Shown: positions 58,016-64,000 of the stretch, one piece after another
Numbering within the stretch: the first letter of the stretch is position 1
Layout of the letters: every line of letters starts with the position of its first letter
From: an uncultured delta proteobacterium
GTDB lineage: Bacteria; Myxococcota_A; Polyangia; Polyangiales; Houyiibacteriaceae
Reading direction: 5' to 3'
Assembly (NCBI GenBank): GCA_963699755.1
Contig: CAVOVB010000002.1
Coordinates: 640,001-704,000 of the forward strand
DNA length: 64,000 nt
Position numbers and translations under genes: made by a program
Notes under the pieces: generated by a model
Databases searched by the model: none
What the model was told of the DNA's origin: nothing
Seen by the model: only the letters and a program-made list of their open reading frames with translations

Positions 58016-59269
58016 CTAATCCACCGCCGACAGCTCGCTCTGCGGCAGGAAGCCCCGACCGACCATGAAGCGCGCCATTTCGGTGAGATACTCTCCGCGG
58101 TCCATGTGAATGATGTGACTCCCCGGAAACCAATGGATACGGCATCGACGCCAATGGTCCCAGAGGATCCGCGAGTGCTTTGGCGGAGCGAGCCGATCGC
58201 CAACGCCGGCGACGATCATCAGGCGTTCGGATGGAAGCACCGGTGGATAGGTGAGCGGACAACTGACCGCAACCAGCCGCCTCGCATCGGTAGGCTCCAT
58301 CCCCATGGTGCCGAGCGCGCCGCGGAGTAGCACGCCGATGGGCTGCCATTCGAGAACCAGGTCCGCAAAGCTCACGACCGGCACGTTGGGAATCGCGAAG
58401 GCAAGTCGATCTTCGACGCTCGCGAGCATGGCGCTCGTGAACCCTCCGAGGCTCAATCCGGTGACACCGATTTGCTCCGCACCACGCTCTCGCTGGAGCC
58501 AGTCGAAGAGAATCCTGAAGTCGAATACCGATTGGGCGACCGCTTCGTTGAGTCGTGACGTACCACCGGCGAAGTATCCATGGCCGGAGAATGGCGAGAA
58601 CCTGGTTTGTCTCGGGCCGTGGAATGGCAAAGTAAACAAGACGATGTTGCAGCCCATTCGGTAGAACCAGGGGAGCGCGAAGAACCACTCGTTGATCAGG
58701 TACCAATCGGCGGTGAATCCGTGAATCGCGATGATCGTGGGTCGGGGCTCGTCACCTCGATGGCGAAGCATGCGCGCGTGCGCGACGCGATTGGCGCTGT
58801 GACGGAGGTAGGGTTTGTGCTGATGCGGGTTGACCGGTTGAAACGGGCTGTCGAAGCTCAGCGCCTCGCAGGTTCCGTCTTCCGGCTCGAACCGGGGCAG
58901 CCAGCGCCCTTTCTTGGCCCGAACACGAATACCCGAAGGTGGCGTTGCAAAGAAGCGCTTCGGGTCTCCGGATTCGGCGATCTCCGCATAGAGCTCCGCA
59001 TCACGGATGGCCTTGCGTAACTCGATCGGATTGTAACCCAGCGGAAGCGCCATGCTCGAGATCATCGAGGCGCTTGCAGTGCGCAAGACCGTATCGAAGC
59101 CGGCGGCGGCACCGACACGCAAGCGATCGGCTAGGTCGAGCTGGAAGCCTTCGGGTCGACGGGCAAAATCGCGGTCGAGCTCTTCCCACCAATGCCCCTG
59201 CGCCAGAAGTGACGGCGCGCGCGAGCAGGACTCGTGCGCGATCCGGGACACGACGGAGGATTCGTCCAC
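58016..59269 (-). CDS. Alpha/beta hydrolase
   Basis: IHGF, LPFHGPR, GLSLGG nucleophile elbow, GDRL, PGSH. Confidence 0.88.
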   Translation of the reverse strand: MDESSVVSRIAHESCSRAPSLLAQGHWWEELDRDFARRPEGFQLDLADRLRVGAAAGFDTVLRTASASMISSMALPLGYNPIELRKAIRDAELYAEIAESGDPKRFFATPPSGIRVRAKKGRWLPRFEPEDGTCEALSFDSPFQPVNPHQHKPYLRHSANRVAHARMLRHRGDEPRPTIIAIHGFTADWYLINEWFFALPWFYRMGCNIVLFTLPFHGPRQTRFSPFSGHGYFAGGTSRLNEAVAQSVFDFRILFDWLQRERGAEQIGVTGLSLGGFTSAMLASVEDRLAFAIPNVPVVSFADLVLEWQPIGVLLRGALGTMGMEPTDARRLVAVSCPLTYPPVLPSERLMIVAGVGDRLAPPKHSRILWDHWRRCRIHWFPGSHIIHMDRGEYLTEMARFMVGRGFLPQSELSAVD

Positions 59270-59313
59270 CTTTCGAGCATACCCGATCGCGATCGCGGTG
59301 CATCATTTCGAGA

Positions 59314-59925
59314 TCAACAGCCGGTCTCGACCTCGAACGGCAGCGCACCAACCAAGGTGCCGTCCTCGATTCGAATCTCGACCCGCCAAAGCCCCGGCGT
59401 CGTGGCGTGCCCGGTATAGGCCCAGGTCCGCCAGCGTGGCGCCGAGGCTGGAATGCGAAGCTCTATGCCACCGCTCACCTGCCCCTCGGGGCCGATGAAA
59501 TGAACGAGCAAGGTCTTGTCCTCGTCCGACTGGTTGCTGACCTCGACGAAAGCGTAGACCCTCTCGTCCTGTGGTCCGAAAAGGGATGACGCCGCGACCG
59601 GCTCGCGACCCTCCACCTCGGGGGCGGTGACGAGACGGTGAAGGGCGAGCCCGTCAAAGCTAGTGAGCTCGGGCTCGAAGATCCGCGGCTCTTCCGAGGC
59701 CGGCGACTCGGACGGCGGCGCCTCCACGATCGCGGCGAGGGGAGCCGCAGGCTCCTTTTCCTCGGTGGGGTCGGGCGCTGCCGCCGGCAAGGTCGAAGTC
59801 AGGATGCTTGGGCTCGTCTTTGCCCGTTCGATCGCCTCGGACTTTGGCGGCCTTGCCTCGCTGCAAGCGGCCGCCAGGAGAAGGGCAAAGATGAGGGGGC
59901 TGGTGATTCTGGGATCGGTTTTCAT
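59314..59925 (-). CDS. DUF2914-like domain lipoprotein
   Basis: AGGAGG then ATG 59925, lipobox LAAAC, Pro/Glu linker, VEGREP..VYAF..RWRTW..GLWRVEI. Confidence 0.75.
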   Translation of the reverse strand: MKTDPRITSPLIFALLLAAACSEARPPKSEAIERAKTSPSILTSTLPAAAPDPTEEKEPAAPLAAIVEAPPSESPASEEPRIFEPELTSFDGLALHRLVTAPEVEGREPVAASSLFGPQDERVYAFVEVSNQSDEDKTLLVHFIGPEGQVSGGIELRIPASAPRWRTWAYTGHATTPGLWRVEIRIEDGTLVGALPFEVETGC

Positions 59926-59947
59926 GGGACCTCCTGCCCGAACGCGG

Positions 59948-59964
59948 AGCACGCTCCGTGCCAA
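59948..59964 (-). promoter_or_regulatory. Sigma-54 (-24/-12) promoter
   Basis: Minus strand TTGGCACGGAGCGTGCT has GG-N10-GC spacing, about 22 nt upstream of the DUF2914-like start. Confidence 0.6.
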
Positions 59965-60030
59965 CCGAAATCCCTCGGGTTTCATGGGGCCGGGCCTCGC
60001 TCGGCGTGTCTGAGGGGACGCGGCCGTGGG

Positions 60031-60579
60031 TCAGCGGCCACGCTTCGTGGCGCCGCTATGCCCTGGCGGGTTTCGAAATGGCACGAACGCGTCGGCGCCC
60101 CGCACCTCTTGGAAATGCTCGATAGCCCAGTACACAGAAGGAAAGGCCAGCTCGGTTGCTGGCAAGTCGTCGAAGCTGAAGAGCCCCACCTCTTGGCTCT
60201 CTACCCCGGGCGCGACATCCGGTGAGAGCAGGCGCGCGCGATAGAAGAGCTGAAGCTGACTGATGTGGCGCAGGCTGTACACCGCGAGGAGGTCGATGAC
60301 CTCGAGTTTCGCACAGGCTTCTTCCCAGGCCTCGCGCGCCGCTCCCTCTTCGGGGCTCTCGTCGAGCTCCATGAACCCAGCGGGCAAGGTCCAGTAGCCG
60401 AGCCGCGGCTCGATCGCGCGCTTGCACATCAGCAACTTGTCCTTCCAGGTCGCGACTACGCCGACGACGACCTTTGGATTCTCGTAGGCAACGTAGTCGC
60501 AGTCGGGACAAACCAATCGGTGACGGTTGTCCCCGGCGGGTACCCTTCGAATGCGTGGACCTCTGTCTCGCTCCGTCAT
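60031..60579 (-). CDS. NUDIX hydrolase with N-terminal Cys motif
   Basis: CPDC..YENPK, Nudix box GFMELDESPEEGAAREAWEE; ATG 60579. Confidence 0.92.
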   Translation of the reverse strand: MTERDRGPRIRRVPAGDNRHRLVCPDCDYVAYENPKVVVGVVATWKDKLLMCKRAIEPRLGYWTLPAGFMELDESPEEGAAREAWEEACAKLEVIDLLAVYSLRHISQLQLFYRARLLSPDVAPGVESQEVGLFSFDDLPATELAFPSVYWAIEHFQEVRGADAFVPFRNPPGHSGATKRGR

Positions 60580-60662
60580 GAACCAAGCGTGCCTCGGGTT
60601 TCGTAACACGGCAGCCGAAACGAGGCTATGGCACCTTGCCAGGGGCGCCCTAGACTCGGCGC

Positions 60663-62480
60663 ATGGTTCCGCGGCCGAGGCGCGATCGGGCACAGCTTCT
60701 CGGCTTGTTTCGCCAGTTGAAGCAGGGGATGAGTCTCGTCTGGACGACGAGCCGCGGCTTGAGCTTCGCGCTCGGGGCCTTGAGCTTGGTCGCCGGAGTC
60801 ATCCCTGCAGCGGCAGCCTGGGTGGGAAAGCTGATCGTCGACGCGGTCGTTCGCGCCGCCGAGACGGGTGCGACCGAAGATCAGCGTGCCGCGTTGACCT
60901 GGGTCCTTGCGGAGCTTGGCCTGGTGATAGTTCTGGCGGGAGCCCAGAAGGGGCTGAGCACCTGCCAACAACTCCTGCGTGCGCTGCTCGGACAACGGGT
61001 CAACGAGATGATTCTCGAGAAGGCACTGACCCTCGACCTGGCTGCCTTCGAAGACTCCGAGCTCTACGATCGAATGACCCGTGCGCGGCGCGAAGCATCC
61101 CAGCGTCCACTCAGCCTGGTGACGCGGAGCTTTCAGCTGGCTCAGCATTCGTTTTCGTTGATCGCTTACGGCGGGCTCCTGCTGCAACTCTCGGTCTGGG
61201 CGCTCGCGGTCCTGGTCGTCGCAGCCATCCCTTCTTTCTTCGTCGAGACGCATTTCTCAGCAGACGCATTTCGGCTCTTCACCTGGCGCGCGCCCGAAAC
61301 GCGGAAGCAGAACTACCTCGAGGTCCTGCTCGCGCGGGAAGACTTCGCCAAGGAGGTCAAGCTCTTCGACCTCGGCCCGGTCTTCCTGGATCGGTATCGT
61401 GAGATCTTTCGCGATCTCTATGCGGAAGATCGCGCGCTCACCCTGCGCCGGGGAGCCTGGAGCTTCCTGCTCGGCCTCTTGAGCACGGTAGCCTTCTACG
61501 GCGCGTATGCCTGGATCGCCGTCGAGACAATCGCGAAGCGCATCACCCTCGGAGACATGACGATGTACCTGCTGGTGTTCAGACAGGGGCAATCCGCCTT
61601 GGCGTCGATCCTCGCGTCGATCGGCGGGATGTACGAAGACAGCCTCTATCTCTCGAACCTCTACGAGTATCTGGAGTACGAAATACCGGCCGAAGGCGGC
61701 TCGGCAAGCGAAGGCCCGACGCCAGGCGATGGCATCCGGTTCGAGAACGTGTCCTTCACCTACCCAGGGGTCGAAAAGCCCGCCCTTCGGTCCGTGAGCC
61801 TGCACCTACACCCCGGACGAAAGCTTGCACTGGTCGGCGAGAACGGTGCGGGGAAAACCACCCTGATCAAGCTCCTCACCCGACTGTATCGGCCGACCGA
61901 GGGTCGAATCACCCTCGACGGGCTCGAGCTGGACGCCTGGAGTCTCGACGTGCTTCGCAAGAGGGTTGGCGTGATCTTTCAAGATTTCGTGCGCTACCAG
62001 CTCGTTGCAGGCGAAAACGTCGGCGTCGGCGACGCACGAGGCTTCAGCGACCCCGAGAAATGGCAGACCGCTGCCGAAAAGGGCATGGCCCACGAGTTCA
62101 TCGAACGCTTGCCTTCGGGTTACGATACGCAGCTCGGGCGCTGGTTCGAAGATGGGCACGAGCTCTCCCTCGGCCAGTGGCAGAAGATCGCACTCTCACG
62201 CGCGTTCATGCGCGACGAAGCAGACATTTTGGTTCTCGACGAACCGACGGCCTCGATGGATGCGGAGGCAGAGGCCAGGGTCTTCGAGCGCTTCGGCCGC
62301 CTCTCCGAGAACAAGATGGTGATCCTCATTTCCCACCGATTTTCGACGGTCCGCATGGCAGATGAAATCGTCGTGCTCGAACGTGGCCAAGTCACCGAGA
62401 GAGGTACGCACGACTCTTTGATGAACCAAGATGGACAATACGCCCATCTGTTCAAGCTCCAGGCGGCGGGCTACCGCTAG
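60663..62480 (+). CDS. ABC transporter, fused permease/ATPase (exporter type)
   Basis: TM domain plus GENGAGKTT, IFQDF, LSLGQWQK, LDEPT, ISHR. Confidence 0.95.
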   Translation: MVPRPRRDRAQLLGLFRQLKQGMSLVWTTSRGLSFALGALSLVAGVIPAAAAWVGKLIVDAVVRAAETGATEDQRAALTWVLAELGLVIVLAGAQKGLSTCQQLLRALLGQRVNEMILEKALTLDLAAFEDSELYDRMTRARREASQRPLSLVTRSFQLAQHSFSLIAYGGLLLQLSVWALAVLVVAAIPSFFVETHFSADAFRLFTWRAPETRKQNYLEVLLAREDFAKEVKLFDLGPVFLDRYREIFRDLYAEDRALTLRRGAWSFLLGLLSTVAFYGAYAWIAVETIAKRITLGDMTMYLLVFRQGQSALASILASIGGMYEDSLYLSNLYEYLEYEIPAEGGSASEGPTPGDGIRFENVSFTYPGVEKPALRSVSLHLHPGRKLALVGENGAGKTTLIKLLTRLYRPTEGRITLDGLELDAWSLDVLRKRVGVIFQDFVRYQLVAGENVGVGDARGFSDPEKWQTAAEKGMAHEFIERLPSGYDTQLGRWFEDGHELSLGQWQKIALSRAFMRDEADILVLDEPTASMDAEAEARVFERFGRLSENKMVILISHRFSTVRMADEIVVLERGQVTERGTHDSLMNQDGQYAHLFKLQAAGYR

Positions 62481-62497
62481 TGACTGAGAGGCGCCGC

Positions 62498-63799
62498 CTA
62501 GTACCAGTCCCAGGAGAAGTCGACGTAGAAACCGTTGATGCCGAACTTGTAGTCGCCGGCATAGCCACAAGCAGGGCATTCGGCGAGCAGCTCGGTCTGG
62601 CGGAGGGAGTCGTCTTCGGTCGACGGCGTTTGCGGATTCACCGGATCGTCGATGAGCACTTTGCCAAAGCGTCGCGCGTAAGCGACGTTGATTTCCCAGG
62701 GCCCGTGGTCGTAGCCGATCCCGGCCGTGACCGAATAGGTGTCGGTGGGCGGCGTCGAAAAGCCACTGGGGTACTTGAAGTTCGTCGACCTCGAGTCGTA
62801 GATGAAGCCGAGCCGAAGCGGAATCTTCTCTTCGTATACGCGGTATTCCGCGCCGGCACGCCAGGTCCACTGATCCCTCCATTTGAAGACGTTGGCGATC
62901 GCTGCATCGACTGGCTCCGTGTGAATGGTGAGGCTGTCGTTTTGCGAATTGAAGCCCCATTCGAAGTCACTCATGAACGCGAACTGGGCCCAGTCGAAAC
63001 GGAAACCCCCGCTAATGCGCGCGGGAAGCGTGATCTCCGTCTCGGCCTTGGTCCAATAGCTTCCTTGCCCGCTCGGCTTGCCGCTGCTGCGGTCTGCATC
63101 GCCGGACTGATCGATCTTGGTCTTGGTCTTGCTGCGGTAGTTCATTCCGATGGAGAAGTAGTCGGTGAACCGCCATTGGAAGCCGGCTCTGAATCCGGCA
63201 AAGCTGAACCCGGTCATCTTGATGTCGACGTCGGTGGGAATCGAGCCAAGAGCCGGAGGGCTGTTGCGAGATCGTGCAAGGGACGCGTAGGTGACTCGAT
63301 ACCCGAAGCCGATGCGGAGGCCGATCTTGTCGATGTTGACCGCGATCGCAGGGGACGCCTCCATGAAGATCAGCGAAGTCTTGTCGGTGACGTCCTGGCC
63401 ATCTTGTTGGTACTTGTACTCGCCGGAGGCCGCGGCGACCGGATAGACCGCCATCCCAAGCGTGACGTAGTCATGCACTCGACCCGAGCCGCCCACGAGA
63501 AAGAAGGGCGCGATGACCGGTTCAGACGTGATGCTCCGCGGACCGAACAGATACGGAGTCGACCGAAGCTCACCGTTGAGAAGGGAAACGTCAATTAAGA
63601 GGTTCCCTTTGCCGATCTGCCCCATCCCCGAGGGGTTGTGAAAGATAGCAGAGCTATCGTGTACGTCGGCAACGGCAGTCCCGCCTGCACCGATGTGCCT
63701 CGCCGAATAGAGGATCGGAATGTCGTATCCGGCTGCGGCTGCCGTCGAGGCGGTCATCAAGACCGCGATGACCGCCGAGCCAGCCAATCTGCCCATCAT
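62498..63799 (-). CDS. OmpP1/FadL-family outer-membrane hydrophobic-compound channel
   Basis: Signal peptide, AAGY..SARHIGAGG, AIFHNPSG (NPA-like), LPARISGG, WRDQW, terminal aromatic beta strand. Confidence 0.85.
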   Translation of the reverse strand: MMGRLAGSAVIAVLMTASTAAAAGYDIPILYSARHIGAGGTAVADVHDSSAIFHNPSGMGQIGKGNLLIDVSLLNGELRSTPYLFGPRSITSEPVIAPFFLVGGSGRVHDYVTLGMAVYPVAAASGEYKYQQDGQDVTDKTSLIFMEASPAIAVNIDKIGLRIGFGYRVTYASLARSRNSPPALGSIPTDVDIKMTGFSFAGFRAGFQWRFTDYFSIGMNYRSKTKTKIDQSGDADRSSGKPSGQGSYWTKAETEITLPARISGGFRFDWAQFAFMSDFEWGFNSQNDSLTIHTEPVDAAIANVFKWRDQWTWRAGAEYRVYEEKIPLRLGFIYDSRSTNFKYPSGFSTPPTDTYSVTAGIGYDHGPWEINVAYARRFGKVLIDDPVNPQTPSTEDDSLRQTELLAECPACGYAGDYKFGINGFYVDFSWDWY

Positions 63800-63874
63800 G
63801 ACGCCTCCACCAGTCGCGTTGGTACCAGGAAAGGTGCTGAGAGCACAAGGGCTTGCTGCGGTGTTTGTCGAAGA

Positions 63875-64000
63875 CTACGAATAGAAGCTGCGACCTGCGG
63901 CGACCATGTCGCGGAGGAGCTTCGGCGGCTCGAAGCGCTCGCCGTAGCGGGCGCTTAGGGCGTCTGCGTCTCGAACGAACTCCGCCAGGCCATAGTTGTC
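63875..64000 (-). CDS. C-terminus of a 3-hydroxyacyl-CoA dehydrogenase / FadJ-FadB-like protein (partial)
   Basis: Not in ORF track: ..DNYGLAEFVRDADALSARYGERFEPPKLLRDMVAAGRSFYS*. YGERFxPP is typical of FadB/FadJ C-termini. Confidence 0.75.
   Translation of the reverse strand, partial: DNYGLAEFVRDADALSARYGERFEPPKLLRDMVAAGRSFYS

Noticed and set aside
60629..60643. TGGCACCTTGC as a sigma-54 promoter for the ABC transporter
   Set aside because: GG-to-GC spacing is not 10 nt; a TAGACT -10 box fits better.
1..64000. tRNA, rRNA, IS, integrase or prophage genes
   Set aside because: No recognisable signatures seen by eye; small ncRNAs cannot be excluded without a covariance search.

Overview
GC-rich, densely coding bacterial chromosomal window with about 63 CDS. 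I found no rRNA, tRNA, CRISPR array, transposase or prophage. Cys-rich lipoproteins, a TPR/lipoprotein pair, a Kazal-repeat lipoprotein, ArsA-like ATPases, a sigma-54 two-component system and an extra RpoD-type sigma factor suggest Myxococcota (inference). Content is housekeeping (metK, nadB, rarA, mrp, gcvPB, add, amtB, ccmC), envelope/polysaccharide genes (DprE1/DprE2-like pair, GT-C-like protein, wza/wcaJ/wzc-like) and many lipid-metabolism genes (acyl-CoA dehydrogenase, acyl-CoA carboxylase pair, thioesterase, FadL-like channel, EXPERA protein with SDR). Best candidates for undescribed biology: (1) a reductase-MerR-diiron oxygenase operon with a palindromic operator and a duplicated N-terminal helix on the reductase; (2) a secreted Fam20/Four-jointed-like kinase; (3) a DHH-like protein with permuted motif order; (4) an ArsA/Get3-like pair coupled to a PHA-granule-region protein; (5) two convergent MenA-like prenyltransferases around an unknown gene; (6) a ~215-bp intergenic element built from GAA mini-hairpins; (7) a recurring leaderless-promoter signature. 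All functional calls come from motifs recognised by eye; no database searches were run.
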